A DNA stretch of 64,000 bases from a virus: positions 1 through 64,000 of IMG/VR virus record IMGVR_UViG_3300032213_002832; one strand, 5' to 3'. Shown here piece after piece: positions 31,241 through 39,411 of this stretch (the stretch's first letter is position 1; each line of letters begins with the position of its first letter). The translations under genes and the position numbers were made by a program. A model generated the notes under the pieces. The model did not search any database. It saw only the letters and a list, made by a program, of their open reading frames with translations, and was not told the DNA's origin.

Positions 31241-31754
31241 TGTCCCCTAAAATGTCTTCCAATGAAATAGAATTCTCATGCTCATTTTGTTTATACAAAT
31301 GTTCGATAGCAGATAGGTCTAATAGCGGGAATGATTTTGCGTGGTTTCTTTGTAAAGAATACTCATTCTTAGACATACCTCTTGGTAACTGGATCTTCTC
31401 CTTCTCTTCCTCAGCAGAAACTAATGGATAGACATCATAAAATGCCTGAACAGCTTTATCATGAATCAACTGTTTCCAACCTTCAAAAAACTCAGATTCT
31501 GTTTGAATCTTATTAGCAGGAGAACTCTTATATGTTCGCTGAACTATAAATCTATCTGGAAGATGTTTAGATACTGCCGGTTTTACTAGACCATATGCTA
31601 TATCATGTGGAATAAAATGTTTACTCAGTTCAAAGAATAAATCATTAAAATTACTATATATATTGTCTTTATCACGAGGCCTACTGTGTAGATTACTAAA
31701 CCACTTCTCAAAGATTTTGTCAGCACCCTTTGAATCAGGTGAAATCTTCGACAT
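31215..31754 (-). CDS. Hypothetical protein upstream of helicase (possible loader or origin-binding protein)
   Basis: 179 aa; the function guess is from position only. Confidence 0.5.
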   Translation of the reverse strand: MSKISPDSKGADKIFEKWFSNLHSRPRDKDNIYSNFNDLFFELSKHFIPHDIAYGLVKPAVSKHLPDRFIVQRTYKSSPANKIQTESEFFEGWKQLIHDKAVQAFYDVYPLVSAEEEKEKIQLPRGMSKNEYSLQRNHAKSFPLLDLSAIEHLYKQNEHENSISLEDILGDNDGENSSR

Positions 31755-31950
31755 CAGAGGCCTCCTGACTTACTGAATCGATGATCTCATTGGTCTTTAG
31801 GTTTGTAATACGTATTTTAGCACTATTGTGCTCGCGATCGATATGTAAGAGTTCTATCTTATATTCACCATTAATAAAGAACGATCTTCTGGCACCTAAC
31901 CACCAAACTAAACTACTTTTCAATTTGCCAACGTAATTCTCACTCTTCAT
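31735..31950 (-). CDS. Small protein with a CsrA/RsmA-like beta-strand pattern
   Basis: SLVWWLGARRSFFINGEYKIELLHIDREHNSAKIRI follows the hydrophobic pattern of CsrA beta1-beta4; SD GGAGG. Confidence 0.45.
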   Translation of the reverse strand: MKSENYVGKLKSSLVWWLGARRSFFINGEYKIELLHIDREHNSAKIRITNLKTNEIIDSVSQEASDVEDFT

Positions 31951-31963
31951 TTTGCCTCCAAAA

Positions 31964-32007
31964 CGGTATAATTATTAATATAAATTCGTATCGGTTTTTT
32001 TATACCG
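31964..32007. promoter_or_regulatory. Face-to-face promoter pair at the divergence point
   Basis: CGGTATAA(T) at 31964-31972 on + and its inverted copy TTATACCG at 32000-32007. Confidence 0.55.
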
Positions 32008-32026
32008 AAACACAAATGGACACGAT

Positions 32027-33400
32027 GTGGATATTGAAATTAAAAATAATGAGATAATAATAAAAAATTATACTCTAGATTTTTCTAGTAAGTTAAATGA
32101 GCTATTATCTTATAAAGATAAGTCAAAAGAGTACCAGATTAGAAAAATGAGTAAGAACCCGTTTTCGCGTGGCTCTGATCACTATAAGAAACTACTAGAA
32201 AGTCAAGAAGGTACCTTAGTTAATGAGCAAAGCGGTGTCATAACTATACCATCTGGTTTTTCATATCTGTTTAAAGATGAAAAATATATTGACAATAGAA
32301 AAGATACCGGTAAATCGGTTGTATTTCCATGGAAGTTAAAACCTCATGATATGAGGGATTATCAACTTGAAGCTGTAAATCTAATGTCCAATAACTATCG
32401 TGGACTTATTAACTTTGCTACTGGCTTAGGCAAAACACTAACGGCTGTATATGCTGTACGAGCAATTGGTAGGCGAGCACTAATATTATGTCCAAGTAAA
32501 GCTATTGCTGATAATTTCCATAGTGAACTATGCTCTGCGTTTGGTGACCATTGCGTCGGGTACTTTGGTGGTGGTAAGAAACAAGTTAAAGATATAACAG
32601 TTGGAATCGTTCAATCTGTTGTCAATTCAATTGATACATTTACAAAACATGATCTTGGATTGGTTATATTTGACGAAGTTCATCACTTAGCTGCTGATAC
32701 TTTCTTCTCTATTGCTTCTGGACTAATTGGGGTAGGTAGAATGTTTGGTCTCACTGCGACTGACTTTAGATCAGATGGTAAAGATATTATGATTCAGGGC
32801 GGAGTCGGTGAAGTCTTAATCAAAAGAGATATTGTATGGGGCATATCAAACAATTGGCTCGCATATCCTAATATTGTAATTAGAGATGTAAAAACAACTG
32901 GCCGCGACTATCCTGATGATAAGTTAAAGAACTATAAAGCACATGTACTCAACTCTAGTGAAATGAATAATAGAATTATTCAAGATATTCAGAAATGTTT
33001 AGCAGCTAATAAGTCAGTATTATGTTTAGTAGACCAAAAAGAACATGGTAGAGTTTTAGCAGATGCCCTAGGATTGCCCTTGGCAACAGGGGATGACAAG
33101 AATTCTAAGGTATATATTCAGCAACTGAATGATGGAAGTGTCCCAGGATTGATCGGAACCAGCTCCCTTATTGGTGAGGGATGTGATACTAAGAATGTTG
33201 ATGTATTGGTGTTAGCTAATTTTGTTGCTAACAAAGGGTCACTATGGCAGAATCTTGGGCGTGGATTGAGAAGGCAAGGTATTAAAACACAAGTTTTAGT
33301 ATTAGATTACAAACCAACTGGCTCTAAAATGCTAACACGCCATGCTAATCAGCGCCTAAAACTGTATAAGGCTATTACAAATAATATTAAGGAGGTTTAA
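32027..33400 (+). CDS. SF2 DNA helicase (UvsW-like)
   Basis: MRDYQ, ATGLGKT, DEVHH, GLTAT, QNLGRGLR. Confidence 0.9.
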   Translation: MDIEIKNNEIIIKNYTLDFSSKLNELLSYKDKSKEYQIRKMSKNPFSRGSDHYKKLLESQEGTLVNEQSGVITIPSGFSYLFKDEKYIDNRKDTGKSVVFPWKLKPHDMRDYQLEAVNLMSNNYRGLINFATGLGKTLTAVYAVRAIGRRALILCPSKAIADNFHSELCSAFGDHCVGYFGGGKKQVKDITVGIVQSVVNSIDTFTKHDLGLVIFDEVHHLAADTFFSIASGLIGVGRMFGLTATDFRSDGKDIMIQGGVGEVLIKRDIVWGISNNWLAYPNIVIRDVKTTGRDYPDDKLKNYKAHVLNSSEMNNRIIQDIQKCLAANKSVLCLVDQKEHGRVLADALGLPLATGDDKNSKVYIQQLNDGSVPGLIGTSSLIGEGCDTKNVDVLVLANFVANKGSLWQNLGRGLRRQGIKTQVLVLDYKPTGSKMLTRHANQRLKLYKAITNNIKEV

Positions 33401-33690
33401 TGTTCAACATAGATAGAGAAGAGTTAAAGAATAAAATAAACGACAGTATCAATAGTCATTACGCACAAAATATCACTGAGCATATCTATATATCTGGTAG
33501 CGGCTCTAACAGTCATGAATTGGCTGATGGTTTTAATAATATTATTAGAGGTTTAGACGCACGCATCCAAAATCAGATAAAGCAAGCTTTTGAAATACAT
33601 ACAAAAACAATGCTAAGAGATGTTATGTCTGATCTAATAGATAGTTTATATACTGCTGATGACTTTGAAAAAGATCTAGAGCTAAAGTAG
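33400..33690 (+). CDS. Hypothetical protein
   Basis: 96 aa, SD AAGGAGG, TAATG-coupled. Confidence 0.6.
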   Translation: MFNIDREELKNKINDSINSHYAQNITEHIYISGSGSNSHELADGFNNIIRGLDARIQNQIKQAFEIHTKTMLRDVMSDLIDSLYTADDFEKDLELK

Positions 33691-33692
33691 GT

Positions 33693-33719
33693 TATAATAG
33701 CTTTAGGAGAGCTATTATA
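33693..33719 (+). promoter_or_regulatory. -10 box overlapping an RBS-sequestering hairpin of the endolysin gene
   Basis: TATAATAGCT-ttaggag-AGCTATTATA is a perfect 10-bp inverted repeat around the SD that reaches the A of ATG. Confidence 0.75.
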
Positions 33720-34258
33720 TGAAAATAAACAATGCCGGACTTGAATTAATCAAAGATTTTGAAGGCCTATCACTAGTACCATATCCAGATCCTGGAACTA
33801 AAGCTGCCCCATATACCATAGGTATTGGTGCTACTTTTTATCAAGATGGTCGAAAAGTCACTATGGCAGATGCTCCTATTACTGAAGCTCAAGCTATTGC
33901 CCTCCTACAATTCCACCTCACTAAATTTGAACAATCTATAACACAACTTGTTAAAGTACCACTATCTTCTAATCAATTCTCCGCCCTTGTATCTTTTGCT
34001 TATAATTGCGGAACTGGCAATCTTCAAAGTAGTACTCTACTTAAAAAGCTTAACGCATCAGATTATGCTGGAGCAGCTGACGAATTCCTTAAGTGGGACA
34101 AAGCCAATAAGATAGTTATGGCAGGTCTTACTCGTAGACGCAAAGCTGAAAGAGAGCTTTTCTTAAAGTCAGAAACAGCTAAAAACAGCTTATTGCCAGA
34201 TGGTCCAAGCGAGCAAGAAATGAATGAGATTTTAAAGAATCTAGAGAATGGTATCTAA
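33719..34258 (+). CDS. Endolysin (GH24 / phage lysozyme)
   Basis: LIKDFEG...YPD...TIGIG, QFSALVSFAYNCG, STLLKKLN, GLTRRRKAERELF. Confidence 0.93.
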   Translation: MKINNAGLELIKDFEGLSLVPYPDPGTKAAPYTIGIGATFYQDGRKVTMADAPITEAQAIALLQFHLTKFEQSITQLVKVPLSSNQFSALVSFAYNCGTGNLQSSTLLKKLNASDYAGAADEFLKWDKANKIVMAGLTRRRKAERELFLKSETAKNSLLPDGPSEQEMNEILKNLENGI

Positions 34259-34724
34259 CAAAAACTACATAGACAGTTCATCTACAACTGTTGTTTATAA
34301 AGGTTGGCTATCAATCTCTCGTCCTGAAAGAAATAAAGACACTACCGTTATCTTATCTAAAAACAAATTCTTCTACCGCCCTAAGAATCATGTATTAACA
34401 GAGTCTATTTACTTTGATGTATATGAGTATGGTCGTTATGTTAATGTGAGGTTGTGGGCCAATAAGAAACAGAAAAATATAGGTATATGCCTTAATGATT
34501 CGTGGATGGGTAGGCTTAATGTTAAATATCAAGAAATAAGTAATATAAATCAATACCTATATTCACGACAGTTTCTAGATATCAATGAATTCAACCTATT
34601 AGACCATTTAACCAAATTTAATGGTCAATATTGTGTTATAGAGATCACTTATAATAAAAGTGAGTTTGACATGATATCTCATGAAGCTGAACTTATTCTA
34701 CTAACAAATGAGATTACAGAGTAG
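34248..34724 (+). CDS. Hypothetical protein
   Basis: 158-aa ORF overlapping the endolysin stop. Confidence 0.5.
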   Translation: MVSNKNYIDSSSTTVVYKGWLSISRPERNKDTTVILSKNKFFYRPKNHVLTESIYFDVYEYGRYVNVRLWANKKQKNIGICLNDSWMGRLNVKYQEISNINQYLYSRQFLDINEFNLLDHLTKFNGQYCVIEITYNKSEFDMISHEAELILLTNEITE

Positions 34725-34727
34725 AAT
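34721..34727 (+). promoter_or_regulatory. -10 box GTAGAAT, 6 nt before the sigma ATG (leaderless candidate)
   Basis: No SD upstream of 34734; the spacing puts the TSS on the ATG. Confidence 0.55.
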
Positions 34728-34733
34728 AGTCAC

Positions 34734-35420
34734 ATGAGTGATATTGACATACTAAAACTATATATGAAACAAGCCTGTAAGACACCACTACTTACTTATG
34801 CCCAAGAAGTTCAATTGGCTAAGGAGATAGTGGAGGGTAATATGAGGTCGCGTGAAAAGCTTATACACGCTAATCTACGCCTAGTGATCTCTATAGCCAA
34901 AGCTTATAGTAATCGTGGAATGGCTCTTGAGGATTTGATTCAAGAGGGTAATTTGGGTTTGATTAAAGCCATAGAGAAATTCGAATATCAGCGTGGTTAT
35001 AAGTTTTCGACTTATGCTACTTGGTGGATTCGCCAAGCAGTGACAAGATCTATCGCCGACAAAAATAGATTGATTAGATTACCTGTACACATGGTTGAGA
35101 CCTACAATAAAGTATCTAAAGTAGTTAGCTTATTCGTAACTGAGTTTGGTAGAAGTCCAACTCATAAAGAAATAGCTGAGAAGTCTGGGCTTTCGGTCGA
35201 AAAAGTTAACGATGTAATCAATTACGGTGCCCCTCTCGCAAGTATTGATGATATTTTGATGGAAGATTCTGACGTAAGATTTAGTGATATATTATCTGAC
35301 AATAACTCACCTATATCCTCCTTTATGGAAGACTCTATGAATACTGTTGTCTTTTCATCTCTAAAAGAATTATCTAGCCGTGAAGAAAAAATATTAAGAT
35401 TAAGGTTTGGTATAAAATAA
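34734..35420 (+). CDS. RpoD-like sigma-70 factor with regions 1.2-2-3-4.1 and no region 4.2
   Basis: [48 protein letters not shown]; ends [16 protein letters not shown]-stop. Confidence 0.92.
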   Translation: MSDIDILKLYMKQACKTPLLTYAQEVQLAKEIVEGNMRSREKLIHANLRLVISIAKAYSNRGMALEDLIQEGNLGLIKAIEKFEYQRGYKFSTYATWWIRQAVTRSIADKNRLIRLPVHMVETYNKVSKVVSLFVTEFGRSPTHKEIAEKSGLSVEKVNDVINYGAPLASIDDILMEDSDVRFSDILSDNNSPISSFMEDSMNTVVFSSLKELSSREEKILRLRFGIK

Positions 35421-35443
35421 ACAATATTAATTTCATTGGGTTA

Positions 35444-35671
35444 GTGATGAAAACTTTAATTTTATTGGGCGAAAATAGAACATATTTAGGTTATAAAATC
35501 TTCTCTACTGAAGAGAAACTTGATTTATTCATAGATAAAATCCATCCACTAATGATGGCCAACATTCTTGGCGAACTTCCATTAAAACAGAGACTTGAGA
35601 TAGTTAAAGATGACTATTTCCCCTATGCAGGGTTAGTATTTGATTTCGAAGTTATAGAATTACCTTCCTGA
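35444..35671 (+). CDS. Hypothetical protein
   Basis: 75-aa ORF after sigma; no HTH. Confidence 0.45.
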   Translation: MMKTLILLGENRTYLGYKIFSTEEKLDLFIDKIHPLMMANILGELPLKQRLEIVKDDYFPYAGLVFDFEVIELPS

Positions 35672-35701
35672 AAAATTCACAAAAACCTCTCTATACCTTA
35701 C

Positions 35702-35820
35702 ATAAATGCACTTTAGTGCATTTATAACATTACACACGCATGCGTGTGTAAGAAGAGTAGTGTAACTTAGTGTGAGAAATCTAGAAGAGTAGTCTAGTAT
35801 AGTATAGAATAGTATTGTAG
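35702..35820. repeat. Intergenic cluster of palindromes and direct repeats
   Basis: ATAAATGCACT-tt-AGTGCATTTAT (35702-35725); perfect 22-bp palindrome TTACACACGCATGCGTGTGTAA (35730-35751); AGAAGAGTAGT twice (35751, 35783); TAGTA-like pentamer run. Confidence 0.85.
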
Positions 35821-35923
35821 GTTGTTGTTAGATTCATTGTACCCGCGACGAAGCACTTTTTTAGTAAAAAATAAAAATAAATATTTTATGTATAATGCAC
35901 TCATTAATGTTATGGAGATTTTA

Positions 35924-36433
35924 ATGGCTAAAAAAGATTATAAAATTGAAGTTGAATTACTAGAAGGCGGTAAGTTACCAACTAAAGCAAACTCTACTGA
36001 CGCAGGGTTCGACGTATTTGCCACAGAAGACTTGATAATTTTTCCAGGTCAAGTTATTAAAACACCGCTTAATATTCGTATGAAGCTTCCAGCTGGATCT
36101 TGGGCTCGCATTGAAACAAAGAGCGGGCTAGGTTCTAAAGGCATGCTAGTATATGCTGGAGTTGTGGATGAAGGATACCGTGGTATTCCACATGTGATCG
36201 CAACCAACTTAAACTGGAACTTAGAGTGGGCACTTCAGACAAATGGTGGATTTACACCAATAGAGGGAACTGGTGCTAAAGCAATATTACCAATAATTAT
36301 TAAAAAAGGTGAAAAGCTTGCGCAGATCACTATGAATGAGCATTCTAACAAATACTTTATGGTACAAGTTGATAAAGTTGATACAGATACAGCTAGAGCA
36401 ACTGGAGGATTTGGGTCCACTGGTAAAACATAG
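35924..36433 (+). CDS. dut: Trimeric dUTPase
   Basis: DAGFDV, KSGL, GVVDEGYRG, KGEKLAQ, RATGGFGSTG; start moved to 35924 (SD GGAG, GTATAAT at 35890-35896). Confidence 0.93.
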   Translation: MAKKDYKIEVELLEGGKLPTKANSTDAGFDVFATEDLIIFPGQVIKTPLNIRMKLPAGSWARIETKSGLGSKGMLVYAGVVDEGYRGIPHVIATNLNWNLEWALQTNGGFTPIEGTGAKAILPIIIKKGEKLAQITMNEHSNKYFMVQVDKVDTDTARATGGFGSTGKT

Positions 36434-36474
36434 GTAAGTGTAGTATAATGCTCACATGTATCCAGGAGGAATGT

Positions 36475-37167
36475 GTGGGCAATAATTTAGATAAGCTTTT
36501 TACTTCAAATATACGAATCTCAAATCTTAATCCCTTCCATTCAGACGCTGTCTGGCCTGCCGGAATCGAAATATGTATCACTCGAGTACCAATACGTAAA
36601 CGAGATGGTTATGATGATGCGATGATTCAAGAATTAGCTTTAAAATTAAAAAATAATATGGTTAAAAATGGAATAGTATTTCTAATATGCTATGCGCCAG
36701 TTGAAGCTAAATTTAGACCTTTTCAGGTTGCTAAGTTTATGACTGATGCTGGTTTTAATCATATTGATAATATTGTAATTCAAAAAACCTGGTATCCAGG
36801 TAAACGATCGGAAATTAACTTAGTCAACTCTCACGAATACGTTATGTACTTTTGTAACGGTGATGTATGGAGTCTAGACCGACTCCCAATCAGACAGTAC
36901 TTAGGTACTGATCCCGAAATATCATGTCCTGGAAACACGTGGAAGGTCCAAACAGGTTCACTCGATGAATCAATACCTCCAGATTTAGCCGAATTATTGC
37001 TTCGCATGACTGACTCACTTCCAGGATCTATAGTTTTTGACCCATTTTTAGGAACAAGTTCCACTCTCCTAGCTTCTCTTAAACTTGGCCATTCTTTCTT
37101 TGGATTTGAATCAGATCCAAAAAGAATAAAAAAATATGAAAAAATAGTAGAGGAGTTTAATAAATGA
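36475..37167 (+). CDS. N4/N6 DNA methyltransferase-like protein (beta class) with degenerate catalytic motif
   Basis: VFDPFLGTSSTLLASLKLGHSFFGFE (motif I), NSHEYVMYF, PGNTW; motif IV position reads ITRVPI; GTG start after AGGAGG. Confidence 0.7.
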   Translation: MGNNLDKLFTSNIRISNLNPFHSDAVWPAGIEICITRVPIRKRDGYDDAMIQELALKLKNNMVKNGIVFLICYAPVEAKFRPFQVAKFMTDAGFNHIDNIVIQKTWYPGKRSEINLVNSHEYVMYFCNGDVWSLDRLPIRQYLGTDPEISCPGNTWKVQTGSLDESIPPDLAELLLRMTDSLPGSIVFDPFLGTSSTLLASLKLGHSFFGFESDPKRIKKYEKIVEEFNK

Positions 37168-37709
37168 TAAAAACATGTATTAAATGTGAAAATCAAATTG
37201 GCAATAAAAATAGTAGTGGCAAGTGTAGAAAGTGTTATAAAACAGACTACGAGAAAAAATACTGTATAAACAGGTATAAAACTGACAATTCTTTCGCACA
37301 AAAACAAATTATTCGTGCTCTTAATTATTACGAAGATAATAAAAAAAGTGTTCTTGAATATAGGGCTAAGTATCGTTTTGTAAGAGAAAAAACAGATATT
37401 TCTTTTAAATTAGCTAATTCTTTACGAACCAGATTAACTCATGCGGTTAGAAATAACCAAAAAGTTGGTTCAGCTGTAAAAGATTTGGGTTGTTCTGTAG
37501 ATGAACTTAAATCATATTTGTCTTCTAAATTTACAGATAATATGACTTGGGAAAACTATGGCAAATGGCATATTGACCACATAAAGCCACTAAGTAGTTT
37601 TGATCTGGCAAATAGAGATGAATTGTTAAAAGCTTGTCACTATACTAACTTACAACCTCTTTGGGCTGAAGATAACTTAAAAAAGGGAGCAAAAGATGTC
37701 ATTTCATAA
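37164..37709 (+). mobile_element. Free-standing HNH homing endonuclease gene upstream of the chaperonin
   Basis: MTWENYGKWHIDHIKP...ACHYTNLQPLWAEDNLKKG; paralogue of 29557..30225. Confidence 0.85.
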
Positions 37710-39411
37710 AACAAAAAGTAAACAAATAATTGCGGATAAGACTCAAATACGTGATCTTGTTCATAAGACTATGGGTGACATGGCAGCAATCATTGGCTCT
37801 ACACTAGGACCCGGTGGTTCTCCTGTACTAATTGAGCGAGATGGTTTGTCACCTCTTGTAAGTAAAGATGGAGTCACTGTAGCTAAAAATATTGGAGTTA
37901 CAGATGCTGCGGCCAACACTATCATCGAGGCTGCTAAAGAGATATGTTTAAATACAGCTAAAGAAGCGGGTGACGGAACAACTACGGCTATCGTACTAGC
38001 TGATGCTCTAGTTAGAGAAGGACAAAAGTTTCTATCTACAAGACCTAAATATAATCCGCAACGAATGATTAATGAACTTAATGAAGCATACTCAAAAATC
38101 GTATTGCCATACTTAGAAAAAGTAGCCACAAAAGTTGATAAAGAAGAACAATTAAAATTTGTAGCCACAATCTCTGCTAACGGCGATAAAAACATTGCTG
38201 AAGTTGTAGTTAAGGCAGTAATGGATGCGGGAGATGATGGTACTGTTCTTATTAACGAAAGCCAAGGTGGTAAAACCTACGTTGAAATAAGTGAAGGCTA
38301 TATTGTAACTACTGGTCTAAAAGACCTAGGCCAAATCGGTCCTGCTTTTATTAACGATAAGGCAAATCAACAAGTAAAAATGGATCAAGGTGTTGTTGTT
38401 CTATATGATGGAACAATGAATGATCTTAAGGTTCCAGGACTAATTCAAGCGGCGGTTGCTGATGAAGGTGGCTTTTCAGATGGAACACCTATCATTGTGT
38501 TTGCTCATGGTTTTGCGGATAGCGTTCTAGATAAATTCGCTAAAACAACCAAAGGCGGGCTAACAGTAGTACCAATCAAAACCCCAAGATCAGGACTACC
38601 TAATGGAGCCTCTATGTTTCTAGAGGATATGTCCGTGTATACCGGCGCAAAAGTATATAACCCAAGCAATGTTGAAGAACTTAACGAAGATGGTTTAGGT
38701 GATTTCGAAAATGCTACAGTAAACCTATACGAATCGTTTATATCTGCCACTCCTGATCCAGATGCTGTTAACTCACGAGTACTAGAACTTAAAGCTATTT
38801 CAGATGCCGCAATGGGAGAATTAGATCGATCATTCTTAAGAGCAGCAATAGCTAAATTGACAGGTGGTGTATCTACCATTCACGTAGGTGGATCTTCTGA
38901 TCTTGAAATACGAGAGAAGAAAGCCCGTGTTGAAGATGCTGTAGAAGCTGTTCGCTCAGCTATAGCCGAAGGTATAGTAGCTGGTGGATGCGCATCACAC
39001 CTAACATTATCCCTTATCCTAAAAACTCACGAAGAAAGAACAGAAGCCTGGTCTATTCTTGCTGACGCACTATTTGCTCCATTTAAACTATTATTAAAGA
39101 ACTGTGGTGAGGATTTTGATGATGTTTGGTCTAAATATGGAGTTAATGTTCTAGTTGCTTCTAAGGGAAGCTATAAGTTACCAGAACAGGTGTTTGACGC
39201 CAATCTACATGAAATGGTAGATCCGTTAAAAACCGGAATCATCGAACCTGCTAAAGTTGTTAGAGTTAGTATTGGCAACGCGCTCTCTGTAGCTTCTCTT
39301 TTGACAACGTTAGGTGGAATTGTGGTTGTTCCGCGGGATATAAGTATGGAAGGCCAAGCTGAGTTAGCACAACAAGCTTTCAAATCTATGATGGAGACAG
39401 TAAATGATTGA
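37696..39411 (+). CDS. groEL: Phage chaperonin GroEL-like
   Basis: STLGPGG, KDGVTVAK, GDGTTTA, ATISANGD, EKKARVEDA, EGIVAGG, GIIEP. Confidence 0.93.
   Translation: MSFHKTKSKQIIADKTQIRDLVHKTMGDMAAIIGSTLGPGGSPVLIERDGLSPLVSKDGVTVAKNIGVTDAAANTIIEAAKEICLNTAKEAGDGTTTAIVLADALVREGQKFLSTRPKYNPQRMINELNEAYSKIVLPYLEKVATKVDKEEQLKFVATISANGDKNIAEVVVKAVMDAGDDGTVLINESQGGKTYVEISEGYIVTTGLKDLGQIGPAFINDKANQQVKMDQGVVVLYDGTMNDLKVPGLIQAAVADEGGFSDGTPIIVFAHGFADSVLDKFAKTTKGGLTVVPIKTPRSGLPNGASMFLEDMSVYTGAKVYNPSNVEELNEDGLGDFENATVNLYESFISATPDPDAVNSRVLELKAISDAAMGELDRSFLRAAIAKLTGGVSTIHVGGSSDLEIREKKARVEDAVEAVRSAIAEGIVAGGCASHLTLSLILKTHEERTEAWSILADALFAPFKLLLKNCGEDFDDVWSKYGVNVLVASKGSYKLPEQVFDANLHEMVDPLKTGIIEPAKVVRVSIGNALSVASLLTTLGGIVVVPRDISMEGQAELAQQAFKSMMETVND

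Noticed and set aside
35400-35671. Frameshifted or read-through continuation of sigma into region 4.2
   Set aside because: No TLEE/RERIRQ-like HTH is visible downstream, and the next ORF is unrelated
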